NCBI RefSeq assembly: GCF_003334765.1
Contig: NZ_QOWT01000036.1
Direction: 5' to 3' (one strand)
DNA: 40,009 bases
DNA from: Escherichia coli
Lineage (GTDB): Bacteria > Pseudomonadota > Gammaproteobacteria > Enterobacterales > Enterobacteriaceae
Shown here: piece by piece, positions 20,483 to 29,299 of the stretch
Layout of the letters: each line of letters opens with the position of its first letter
How positions within the stretch are numbered: the stretch's first letter is position 1
The notes under the pieces: model-generated
Database searches by the model: none
The model's input: only the letters and a program-made list of their open reading frames with translations
What the model was told of the DNA's origin: nothing
Made by a program: the position numbers and the translations under genes

Positions 20483-20503
20483 GGAGTGATCGAGTTAACA
20501 TTG
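20483..20503. promoter_or_regulatory. Candidate cAMP-CRP site in the cstA promoter region
   Basis: gtgatcgagttaaca (20486-20500) resembles the CRP half-sites TGTGA-N6-TCACA at 4 of 5 and 4 of 5 positions. cstA is known to be CRP-dependent. Confidence 0.35.
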
Positions 20504-20620
20504 TTAAGTTAAATATTGGTTTCAACTCCGATTTACATGGTTGCTGTGTTGTTAAATTGTACAAAGATGTTATAGAAACAAAATGTAACATCTCTATGGA
20601 CACGCACACGGATAACAACT

Positions 20621-22726
20621 ATGAACAAATCAGGGAAATACCTCGTCTGGACAGTGCTCTCTGTAATGGGAGCATTTGCTCTGGGATACATTGCTTTAAA
20701 TCGTGGGGAACAGATCAACGCGCTGTGGATTGTGGTGGCGTCGGTCTGTATCTATCTGATCGCTTACCGTTTTTATGGGCTGTATATCGCCAAAAATGTG
20801 CTGGCGGTTGACCCGACGCGTATGACGCCAGCGGTGCGCCATAACGACGGGCTGGACTATGTGCCGACGGACAAGAAAGTGCTGTTCGGTCACCATTTTG
20901 CGGCCATTGCCGGAGCAGGTCCGCTGGTGGGGCCGGTACTGGCGGCGCAAATGGGCTACCTGCCGGGGATGATCTGGCTGCTCGCTGGGGTGGTTCTCGC
21001 CGGTGCGGTGCAGGATTTCATGGTGCTGTTTGTTTCTACGCGCCGTGACGGTCGCTCGCTGGGTGAGCTGGTCAAAGAAGAGATGGGGCCAACCGCCGGG
21101 GTGATTGCGCTGGTGGCCTGCTTTATGATCATGGTCATTATCCTTGCAGTGCTGGCGATGATCGTGGTGAAAGCCCTGACTCATAGCCCGTGGGGAACAT
21201 ATACCGTTGCGTTCACCATTCCGCTGGCGCTGTTTATGGGGATCTACCTGCGCTATCTGCGTCCGGGGCGTATTGGCGAAGTGTCGGTCATCGGTCTGGT
21301 ATTCCTGATTTTCGCCATTATCTCTGGCGGCTGGGTGGCAGAAAGTCCGACCTGGGCACCGTACTTTGACTTTACCGGCGTGCAGTTGACCTGGATGCTG
21401 GTGGGTTACGGTTTTGTGGCGGCGGTGCTGCCGGTGTGGTTACTGCTGGCCCCGCGTGACTACCTCTCTACCTTCCTGAAAATCGGGACTATCGTCGGTC
21501 TGGCGGTAGGCATTTTGATTATGCGCCCGACGCTGACCATGCCTGCGCTGACCAAATTTGTCGATGGCACTGGCCCGGTATGGACCGGTAACCTGTTCCC
21601 GTTCCTGTTTATCACCATCGCCTGTGGCGCGGTGTCTGGCTTCCATGCGCTGATCTCTTCTGGGACCACGCCGAAGATGCTGGCGAACGAAGGGCAGGCG
21701 TGCTTTATCGGCTACGGTGGGATGTTAATGGAATCCTTCGTGGCGATTATGGCGCTGGTTTCCGCCTGTATCATCGATCCGGGCGTGTATTTTGCCATGA
21801 ACAGCCCGATGGCGGTGCTGGCTCCGGCAGGGACGGCGGATGTGGTCGCTTCTGCCGCGCAGGTGGTGAGTAGCTGGGGCTTTAGCATTACACCAGATAC
21901 GCTAAACCAGATTGCCAGCGAAGTGGGTGAACAGTCGATCATTTCCCGTGCGGGCGGTGCGCCGACGCTGGCGGTGGGGATGGCCTACATTCTGCACGGC
22001 GCGCTGGGCGGCATGATGGATGTGGCGTTCTGGTATCACTTCGCCATTTTGTTTGAAGCACTGTTTATTCTGACGGCGGTGGATGCAGGTACGCGTGCTG
22101 CGCGCTTTATGTTGCAGGATCTGCTGGGCGTGGTGTCTCCTGGCCTGAAGCGGACCGATTCACTGCCTGCTAACCTGCTGGCAACAGCGCTGTGCGTACT
22201 GGCGTGGGGCTACTTCCTCCATCAGGGCGTGGTCGATCCGCTGGGCGGCATTAACACTCTGTGGCCGCTGTTTGGTATTGCCAACCAGATGCTGGCAGGG
22301 ATGGCGCTGATGCTCTGTGCCGTGGTGTTGTTCAAGATGAAACGTCAACGTTACGCCTGGGTGGCGCTGGTACCAACGGCCTGGCTGCTGATTTGTACCC
22401 TGACCGCAGGCTGGCAGAAAGCGTTTAGCCCGGATGCGAAAGTCGGCTTCCTGGCCATTGCTAATAAGTTCCAGGCAATGATCGACAGCGGCAATATTCC
22501 GTCGCAGTATACTGAGTCACAGCTGGCGCAACTGGTGTTCAACAACCGTCTGGATGCCGGGTTAACCATCTTCTTTATGGTGGTCGTGGTGGTTCTGGCA
22601 CTGTTCTCGATTAAGACGGCACTTGCGGCATTGAAAGATCCGAAGCCAACGGCGAAAGAAACGCCGTATGAACCAATGCCGGAAAATGTCGAGGAGATCG
22701 TGGCGCAGGCAAAAGGCGCACACTAA
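20621..22726 (+). CDS. cstA: Carbon starvation protein A, CstA (peptide/pyruvate transporter family, 701 aa)
   Basis: Large polytopic membrane protein; translation matches CstA from MNKSGKYLVWTVLSVMGAFAL to the C-terminal AQAKGAH. Confidence 0.95.
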   Translation: MNKSGKYLVWTVLSVMGAFALGYIALNRGEQINALWIVVASVCIYLIAYRFYGLYIAKNVLAVDPTRMTPAVRHNDGLDYVPTDKKVLFGHHFAAIAGAGPLVGPVLAAQMGYLPGMIWLLAGVVLAGAVQDFMVLFVSTRRDGRSLGELVKEEMGPTAGVIALVACFMIMVIILAVLAMIVVKALTHSPWGTYTVAFTIPLALFMGIYLRYLRPGRIGEVSVIGLVFLIFAIISGGWVAESPTWAPYFDFTGVQLTWMLVGYGFVAAVLPVWLLLAPRDYLSTFLKIGTIVGLAVGILIMRPTLTMPALTKFVDGTGPVWTGNLFPFLFITIACGAVSGFHALISSGTTPKMLANEGQACFIGYGGMLMESFVAIMALVSACIIDPGVYFAMNSPMAVLAPAGTADVVASAAQVVSSWGFSITPDTLNQIASEVGEQSIISRAGGAPTLAVGMAYILHGALGGMMDVAFWYHFAILFEALFILTAVDAGTRAARFMLQDLLGVVSPGLKRTDSLPANLLATALCVLAWGYFLHQGVVDPLGGINTLWPLFGIANQMLAGMALMLCAVVLFKMKRQRYAWVALVPTAWLLICTLTAGWQKAFSPDAKVGFLAIANKFQAMIDSGNIPSQYTESQLAQLVFNNRLDAGLTIFFMVVVVVLALFSIKTALAALKDPKPTAKETPYEPMPENVEEIVAQAKGAH

Positions 22727-22730
22727 AGTC

Positions 22731-22816
22731 AGAGTGAGGGGGGGATGTTGGCGAATGTTGGCTTAGTGCCCAGGGTTCCCTCTCACCCTAACCCTCTCCC
22801 CGGTGGGGCGAGGGGA
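22731..22816. repeat. Second copy (inverted orientation) of the GC-rich palindromic repeat seen at 15305-15406
   Basis: ccctctcaccctaaccctctccccggtggggcgagggg (22777-22814) is close to the reverse complement of 15305-15341. gagtgaggg (22732-22740) can pair with ccctctcac (22778-22786) downstream. Confidence 0.45.
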
Positions 22817-22840
22817 CTGACCGAGCGCGTTGATAGCATT

Positions 22841-22876
22841 TGTAGGCCGGATAAGGCGTTCACGCCGCATCCGGCA
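22841..22876. repeat. REP element between cstA and ybdD
   Basis: tgtaggccggataaggcgttcacgccgcatccggca is almost identical to the REP unit at 908-942. Confidence 0.7.
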
Positions 22877-22908
22877 CTCTTTCAGCAACATGGTTAGCGG
22901 AGGCCAAG

Positions 22909-23106
22909 ATGTTTGATTCACTGGCAAAAGCCGGAAAATATTTAGGTCAGGCGGCGAAGCTGATGATTGGTATGCCTGATTACGACAACTATGTCGAACA
23001 TATGCGGGTTAACCATCCCGATCAAACGCCGATGACCTACGAAGAGTTTTTCCGTGAGCGGCAGGACGCGCGCTACGGTGGAAAAGGCGGCGCGCGCTGC
23101 TGCTAA
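22909..23106 (+). CDS. ybdD: Small DUF466-family protein YbdD (65 aa), the usual partner of CstA-family transporters
   Basis: [52 protein letters not shown]...; ggagg ribosome-binding site 6 nt upstream. Confidence 0.85.
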   Translation: MFDSLAKAGKYLGQAAKLMIGMPDYDNYVEHMRVNHPDQTPMTYEEFFRERQDARYGGKGGARCC

Positions 23107-23115
23107 ATTTGTACG

Positions 23116-24204
23116 TCAGGCTTTAAACGATTCCACTTTTTTGAACGCTGCACGCAACGTATCTGGTGTCAGCGTGACTGGCAGGTAATGAATGGACTCC
23201 ACCGGACGCAGGGTGTGGGCAATCACTTTGTCGATCTCCGCCTGATTATTGATATCCACTTCCAGCTCCGCCAGTGTAGTCGGCAGATGAAAACGCTGAT
23301 ACGCTCCAGTTAATTGCGCCAGCACATCATCCTGACCCAGCAAGGCGCTTTGCACCAGAATTCCGTAGGCGACTTTGGTGCCGTGGAGAAACTTCTCGGT
23401 TTGCGGCAGCACGGTCAGACCGTTATGCACGGCATGAGCTGCCGCCACACGCGTAAAACGATCGCCCAGACCACCAACCATCCCACCACCAGCAATAATA
23501 GCATCCACCACATCGCAAAATGATTGCGTTAACTGTTGATTTTGCTGATCGCTCAGCGCCTGTTCGCTACTGTTTAACAAGACGTCGCGAATGGCTTGCG
23601 CATTATTGATCCCCAGTCGCACGGTTAGCGGCAACGTTTCTGGTTGCGGAGCCAGCACCACCGCTTCATACCATTTCGCCAGCGTGTCACCGATCCCCGC
23701 CAGCAGATATTGTTGCGGTGCATTGAGGATAATCTCCGGTTCCACCAGCACCATAAAATTGGCGTCGTCGAAAATCTCATAATGCAGCGCCTGTCCGGCA
23801 TCATTATACCAGACGGAGAGCGGTGTCCAGGCGGCGCAGGTGGCGGCGATCGTCGGAACGGCAACAAACGGCAGACCGAGACGGCGGGCGAGGGCTTTCG
23901 CGGTGTCGAGCAGTGCACCGCCACCGACGCCAATCACCACGCTGCGGTCGTCACCGGACTCAGCCGCCAGTTGTTGTACATCGCTTTCGCTGCAATGACC
24001 GCGAAACAAAATATGCTTTGCCCCTGGCAGTCCAAACGCTGGCGGAAGTTTGGTTTGCGCCGCAGCAATGGCGCGTTTGCCGTAGATCCACACCGCGCGA
24101 GAAAGTTGTTCATCAGTGAAAAAATCGTGCAGGTGATTGAAACTTCCTGGATGTGAAAAGTAGTTAGCCGGGCCGACGACCACGCGGATAGGATTGTGAG
24201 GCAT
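23116..24204 (-). CDS. ybdH: Iron-containing alcohol dehydrogenase / glycerol-dehydrogenase-like oxidoreductase YbdH (362 aa)
   Basis: Iron-ADH superfamily features (GGGALLDTAK, several His); matches YbdH. Confidence 0.9.
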   Translation of the reverse strand: MPHNPIRVVVGPANYFSHPGSFNHLHDFFTDEQLSRAVWIYGKRAIAAAQTKLPPAFGLPGAKHILFRGHCSESDVQQLAAESGDDRSVVIGVGGGALLDTAKALARRLGLPFVAVPTIAATCAAWTPLSVWYNDAGQALHYEIFDDANFMVLVEPEIILNAPQQYLLAGIGDTLAKWYEAVVLAPQPETLPLTVRLGINNAQAIRDVLLNSSEQALSDQQNQQLTQSFCDVVDAIIAGGGMVGGLGDRFTRVAAAHAVHNGLTVLPQTEKFLHGTKVAYGILVQSALLGQDDVLAQLTGAYQRFHLPTTLAELEVDINNQAEIDKVIAHTLRPVESIHYLPVTLTPDTLRAAFKKVESFKA

Positions 24205-24312
24205 GTTGTGTTGTCCTTATTGTTTTATTTAGACATCTAAACGTCTTGATTGCCAAATACTAGCATCGTGTTATAGTGCCTTCAACACGCAACTTCGTCA
24301 GGTACAATAAAA

Positions 24313-25473
24313 ATGACAAATAACCCTCTGATTCCACAAAGCAAACTTCCACAACTTGGCACCACTATTTTCACCCAGATGAGCGCGCTGGCGCAGCAAC
24401 ACCAGGCGATTAACCTGTCGCAAGGCTTTCCTGATTTTGATGGTCCGCGCTATTTACAGGAGCGGCTGGCGCACCACGTTGCACAGGGGGCAAACCAATA
24501 CGCGCCCATGACCGGCGTGCAGGCCTTGCGCGAGGCGATTGCTCAGAAAACGGAACGTTTGTATGGCTATCAACCAGATGCCGATAGCGATATCACCGTA
24601 ACGGCAGGGGCGACGGAAGCGTTATACGCGGCGATTACCGCACTGGTGCGCAATGGCGATGAAGTGATTTGTTTTGATCCCAGCTATGACAGTTACGCCC
24701 CCGCCATCGCGCTTTCTGGGGGAATAGTGAAGCGTATGGCACTGCAACCACCGCATTTTCGCGTTGACTGGCAGGAATTTGCCGCATTATTAAGCGAGCG
24801 CACCAGACTGGTGATCCTCAACACTCCGCATAACCCCAGTGCAACTGTCTGGCAGCAGGCTGATTTCGCCGCTTTGTGGCAGGCGATCGCCGGGCACGAG
24901 ATTTTTGTCATTAGCGATGAAGTCTACGAGCACATCAACTTTTCACAACAGGGCCATGCCAGTGTGCTGGCGCATCCGCAGCTGCGTGAGCGGGCAGTGG
25001 CGGTTTCTTCATTTGGCAAGACCTATCATATGACCGGCTGGAAAGTGGGTTATTGTGTTGCGCCAGCGCCCATCAGCGCCGAAATTCGCAAGGTACATCA
25101 GTATCTGACCTTTTCGGTGAATACCCCGGCACAGCTGGCGCTTGCTGATATGCTACGTGCAGAACCTGAGCATTATCTTGCGTTACCGGACTTTTATCGC
25201 CAGAAGCGCGATATTCTGGTGAATGCTTTAAATGAAAGCCGGCTGGAGATTTTACCGTGTGAAGGTACATACTTTTTGCTGGTGGATTACAGCGCGGTTT
25301 CTACCCTGGATGATGTTGAGTTTTGCCAGTGGCTGACGCAGGAGCACGGCGTAGCGGCGATTCCGCTGTCGGTGTTTTGCGCCGATCCCTTCCCACATAA
25401 ACTGATTCGTCTCTGTTTTGCCAAGAAGGAATCGACGTTGCTGGCAGCAGCTGAACGCCTGCGCCAGCTTTAG
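24313..25473 (+). CDS. ybdL: PLP-dependent aminotransferase YbdL (methionine aminotransferase, 386 aa)
   Basis: Class I aminotransferase fold with the PLP-lysine region SFGKTYHMTGWK; matches YbdL. Confidence 0.9.
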   Translation: MTNNPLIPQSKLPQLGTTIFTQMSALAQQHQAINLSQGFPDFDGPRYLQERLAHHVAQGANQYAPMTGVQALREAIAQKTERLYGYQPDADSDITVTAGATEALYAAITALVRNGDEVICFDPSYDSYAPAIALSGGIVKRMALQPPHFRVDWQEFAALLSERTRLVILNTPHNPSATVWQQADFAALWQAIAGHEIFVISDEVYEHINFSQQGHASVLAHPQLRERAVAVSSFGKTYHMTGWKVGYCVAPAPISAEIRKVHQYLTFSVNTPAQLALADMLRAEPEHYLALPDFYRQKRDILVNALNESRLEILPCEGTYFLLVDYSAVSTLDDVEFCQWLTQEHGVAAIPLSVFCADPFPHKLIRLCFAKKESTLLAAAERLRQL

Positions 25474-26103
25474 CTATTTAACCGTCCAGGCGCGGGAATA
25501 TTGACGGTCGGCAAACAACTCTTGCAGGCCGTTAATTTGCTTCAGGCGCAGCACTTCGTCGCTGTCCATTCCCAGCTCTTTGCCAATTTTATTATCGTCC
25601 CATCCCAACTGGCTAAGTTCACGGACGATTTCCGACATGGCGGTGATTTGATGGCGTCCACGAGCGCGATTATGACGAATAGTCGCGGCGATGCGTTGAT
25701 TACGCGTACCTTCCAGACAGGTCACCGGCAAATAACCTTTTAAGCGTAATTTTAATGATGATGAGCCTTTACCAATTTCATGGCGGTGAAAACCATCCAC
25801 GATTTCCATGGCATTTTTATCCGTATGTGTGACCACAATGGGTTGGGTAAAACCATCTATTTCAATGGATTTTTGCAGCAGTTTTTTTTCGGGTGGTGCC
25901 ACGTTGTTTGGGTTGTAATCATTAGGCATAAGTTGGCTGTTTTTAACCCACAGAACGCAATCCACTGGCTCTTCACGAAAGGGGCTAACCTGATGGATCG
26001 CCATGCGGATTTCATTAATCGCTTTGATGCGATCATCTTCCGGCAAGCTGGCGAGAAATTGCGTTAAATCCTGCGTTAATCGTTGTTGCATAGTATCCCC
26101 CAT
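25474..26103 (-). CDS. ybdM: ParB/Srx-like nuclease-domain protein YbdM (IbrB-like), 209 aa
   Basis: Contains VDGFHRH, a DGxHR-type ParB/sulfiredoxin-fold motif. The start overlaps the ybdN 3' end by 28 nt. Exact start (M1 or M5) is uncertain. Confidence 0.85.
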   Translation of the reverse strand: MGDTMQQRLTQDLTQFLASLPEDDRIKAINEIRMAIHQVSPFREEPVDCVLWVKNSQLMPNDYNPNNVAPPEKKLLQKSIEIDGFTQPIVVTHTDKNAMEIVDGFHRHEIGKGSSSLKLRLKGYLPVTCLEGTRNQRIAATIRHNRARGRHQITAMSEIVRELSQLGWDDNKIGKELGMDSDEVLRLKQINGLQELFADRQYSRAWTVK

Positions 26104-27296
26104 TCCTGACGTTTTCCTTTTATCCGTTCGTTATAACGCTGATAGTTCTTCGATTTTGTGGGGCTAAATGATAATGCCCGACACCAGTAATCGTTATTGA
26201 GTAAAACTTTGCATATCCGCCGCCAGGAGGGGATATCTTTCGCGCCAATGTCCCCTTGCTGGGTTTGTGGAACCTCGATGCCTTTTTTCTGATACCAGTG
26301 CAAATAAATGGCGATTTTATTGCGGTAATGCTCAGCTGTTTTTTCCGGCATGCTATTGAGCAGCAATAATGCATATTCTTGCCAGTCTAAATGTTCTGGC
26401 TTGAGGATTTTCCGATGCCCATAGAAATGATTGTCATGTCCGGCGTAAATGCCGCCACTTTTTACCCCGCTGACTCGTGCGCACATAGCAGCCCAGCGAT
26501 CCGGTTCGATAACGTGATAGAGCCATAATCCTTGTCGTTGCTCCGGGCCAAAAGGTTCGCAAATTCGCATATGACGCAGAGGAACGCCTGCCTGATACAT
26601 TAGGTTATACAGTGGGTTGCAGAGACTTTGATGATTTGCATACCAGGTCCAGATATCAGCCACTTTCCAGTCGTAAATGGGGTAAATGTACCAGCTATGA
26701 CCGCCTGGTGCGGCCGTAGTCCAGGGTTTATCGTCGGCAAAACGTTGTTTATTTAAACTGGCGATGGCGACAAAACGGTTGTAGGACTCATCCGCACGGA
26801 TGCCGATCATCATCGCCGCCGGACGTTTTTGTGAAAACCATTCGGCAAACTCACGTACAAATTGTTCGAAGGTCATGCCTGGCTGGTAAAAGGAGAAAAA
26901 GTCAGGGTCGGTTATCGCATCTTGGGGAGGTTGACGTACCCATTCGACATCAGGTTCCCAGCACTGCCATTCGGGTTGGTATTGTGAAAGGGAATTTTGC
27001 GTCGTAAGCGGGAGCGCAACCCAGTAAAACTCTTCGATGACATCGGTGTACAACTCGCGCAGGGACTGAACATAGTTAATGGTGCAAGAGAATTGCGCCT
27101 CCCAGTCGATAAACAAAACGCAGATTTTTTTGCCCATTTGTCGGGCAAGTTCGGCTGTCAGATGCAGCATTAAACCAGAGTCTTTGCCGCCAGAAAATGA
27201 GACACAAACGCGGGGTAGGGTGTTGAGTGTCCAGGTAATACGCTCTCGTGCAGCTTCCAGAATATTGAGCGGAAGAGGAATTTTATAAATAGACAT
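26076..27296 (-). CDS. ybdN: PAPS-reductase-like PP-loop ATP pyrophosphatase with C-terminal extension, YbdN (IbrA-like), 406 aa
   Basis: PP-loop motif SFSGGKDSG near the N-terminus; matches YbdN. Confidence 0.9.
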   Translation of the reverse strand: MSIYKIPLPLNILEAARERITWTLNTLPRVCVSFSGGKDSGLMLHLTAELARQMGKKICVLFIDWEAQFSCTINYVQSLRELYTDVIEEFYWVALPLTTQNSLSQYQPEWQCWEPDVEWVRQPPQDAITDPDFFSFYQPGMTFEQFVREFAEWFSQKRPAAMMIGIRADESYNRFVAIASLNKQRFADDKPWTTAAPGGHSWYIYPIYDWKVADIWTWYANHQSLCNPLYNLMYQAGVPLRHMRICEPFGPEQRQGLWLYHVIEPDRWAAMCARVSGVKSGGIYAGHDNHFYGHRKILKPEHLDWQEYALLLLNSMPEKTAEHYRNKIAIYLHWYQKKGIEVPQTQQGDIGAKDIPSWRRICKVLLNNDYWCRALSFSPTKSKNYQRYNERIKGKRQEWGILCNND

Positions 27297-27442
27297 CTGA
27301 AGACGCTCTCTGAACGTTACAGGGTGATCAGTGAGATAAGTCTGTTAATTATAAAGTAAACACTGTAAAGCAGAGTGTTTTATTTTTCATTCGCGCTGTG
27401 AATAAATAGATGAAAGTTATAGTAGCTGTCTGTAGTTATATA

Positions 27443-28345
27443 TCAAAAACTCTCATTTAGACGGTCAATAAATCGGGAGAACACCAAATTATTTAAAGAA
27501 GATTTATTATAGGAAATGTAAAGCTTTATTGAAGGTAACGGATGTTCTAGTTTTATCTCTTTTAAGTTAAGAAAGTCACGGTAGAAATTATAAAGTTCAT
27601 AGGGGACTATTCCCAGTAAATCTGTAACTGCAATGCTATTAATGATTGTCAGCAAAGAGGAACCACGAAATGAGATTTTGCGATTCATAAATCTCTCGTC
27701 TATTTCCATTTGAATATCATCAACCCCTGCTGATTTAGATATTAATTGGGTGAACTCTTCTGCCATAATTTGTTCATAAGTGCTATTGTCAGTAATTCGT
27801 GGATGCCTATTACTACAAATTAGAGTATTGCGAATCGTATGCAATGGCATGCAAATGACGGAACGGCTGATCACTGGCATTTGGGTGATCACCAGATCGG
27901 CTTTGCGGTGAACCAACAGTTCTTCAGCATTCTCTGCTGACATGAGGATATCATGGCACTCAATCTCGACAGAGGAATCTTGCCGTAGGCAGCGGATCAG
28001 CATACTATTATTAGAGCAAGAAATGAGCTGAGGGCCGTAGATAATAAAGTTTTTCTTTAGTTCGGACTTATTGACTATATTAATTGTTTGTTCAAGGCCT
28101 CTGAGATTTTTCTCAAGATGGTGATGCAGATTTAACCCTGTTGTCGTCGGCGCGATACCTTTTCCTGAGCGAATGAATAAAGGGTCATTAAATTGCGCAC
28201 GTAAGCGTTGTAACGACTGGCTCACGGCTGATGGGGTGATATATAGTGATTCAGCAGCTTTGCTAATGCTTAAATGCTGGTAAATACACTCAAATATGAC
28301 AAGAAGATTTAAGTCGAACTTTTTCAAGTCGTAGAGATTGGCCAT
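27443..28345 (-). CDS. ybdO: LysR-family transcriptional regulator YbdO (300 aa)
   Basis: The N-terminal helix-turn-helix (LSISKAAESLYITPSAVSQSLQRLRAQF) is LysR-type; the coding sequence is markedly AT-rich by eye. Confidence 0.9.
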   Translation of the reverse strand: MANLYDLKKFDLNLLVIFECIYQHLSISKAAESLYITPSAVSQSLQRLRAQFNDPLFIRSGKGIAPTTTGLNLHHHLEKNLRGLEQTINIVNKSELKKNFIIYGPQLISCSNNSMLIRCLRQDSSVEIECHDILMSAENAEELLVHRKADLVITQMPVISRSVICMPLHTIRNTLICSNRHPRITDNSTYEQIMAEEFTQLISKSAGVDDIQMEIDERFMNRKISFRGSSLLTIINSIAVTDLLGIVPYELYNFYRDFLNLKEIKLEHPLPSIKLYISYNKSSLNNLVFSRFIDRLNESF

Positions 28346-28552
28346 ACACTACTCCGGTTATATTTTTCTTCCATGATATATTCACTTAATCAATGTTTTT
28401 TGCGTATATATTTTTATTGATTATGTTTTTTGCTTAACTCAGGATTAAGTTTTTCTAAAATAGCACAGCCACTTAGGGCAGAGCGAGCAATTCATGCTTT
28501 TTTAGGATGGTTGAAAAGCAGGGATATAGTTCAACCATCCATGAATTACCTT

Positions 28553-29299
28553 TTATTTATTCCCCATAATGATATTAAGCGTTTTCTGATCGGGCAACCC
28601 CACGGCCTGTTGTAGCGTATTTTCCTTACTCATGTAATAGATAGCCGGCGTGACATTTGCCCCCAGATCGTCCATCAGTTTCTCATTGTCACTTAACACT
28701 TTCATTTGCTCTGTACTTACGTTTGCAGGCACGTTTAGCTTAAGCTTGCCACCAGAGGCTTCATATTGTTGCCAGGTTTTTGCGGGATCTTTGGAGGCAA
28801 GAATTGCCGCTGCTGTCGCCGGGCTTTCTGGCTTGATAACCCCAACCAACAATGTTCTTAATTGCACTTTGCCAGAATCTACCCACGGGCGCGCCTGCTG
28901 CCAGAACTGTTTACAATATGGGCAGAACGGATCGGCGAAGACGTAGACAATGACCGGCGCATCTTTTTTACCGTCGAGGAGCCAGTGGGATTGTTCCATC
29001 CGTTGCCACATTTCGCGTCCGGCTGGTGCGTAAATTTCTTTTTCGATAAGTGTGTTACTCAGGTTTTCACCTTTCTCGTTGTACATGTAACCAGAGATAG
29101 CGTGCTTACCATCTGGAGTCAGGTAGATGGTGACGCCCATATCCTGATACTTTCCGAGATAACCTTTCATTCCTCCGGGGGCATCGAATGTTTTGATGAT
29201 TGTAATGCCCTGTTTTTCAATCGCTTTTACTGGAGCAGGAAGTTCCTCTGCGAAGGCGATTGCAGGAAGCAGAGCCAGTAAAAGTATCTTTTTTAACAT
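28553..29299 (-). CDS. dsbG: Periplasmic thiol:disulfide interchange protein DsbG (248 aa precursor)
   Basis: Signal peptide [17 protein letters not shown] and thioredoxin-like active site CPYC; the track ORF is over-extended by 20 codons. Confidence 0.92.
   Translation of the reverse strand: MLKKILLLALLPAIAFAEELPAPVKAIEKQGITIIKTFDAPGGMKGYLGKYQDMGVTIYLTPDGKHAISGYMYNEKGENLSNTLIEKEIYAPAGREMWQRMEQSHWLLDGKKDAPVIVYVFADPFCPYCKQFWQQARPWVDSGKVQLRTLLVGVIKPESPATAAAILASKDPAKTWQQYEASGGKLKLNVPANVSTEQMKVLSDNEKLMDDLGANVTPAIYYMSKENTLQQAVGLPDQKTLNIIMGNK

Noticed and set aside
20696-21184. 162-aa ORF antisense to cstA
   Set aside because: His/Arg-rich nonsense-like translation, entirely within the cstA coding sequence.
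28430-28615. 61-aa ORF on the plus strand in the ybdO/dsbG spacer
   Set aside because: Overlaps the dsbG 3' end antisense and the 11-bp inverted repeat; no ribosome-binding site; more likely non-coding regulatory DNA.
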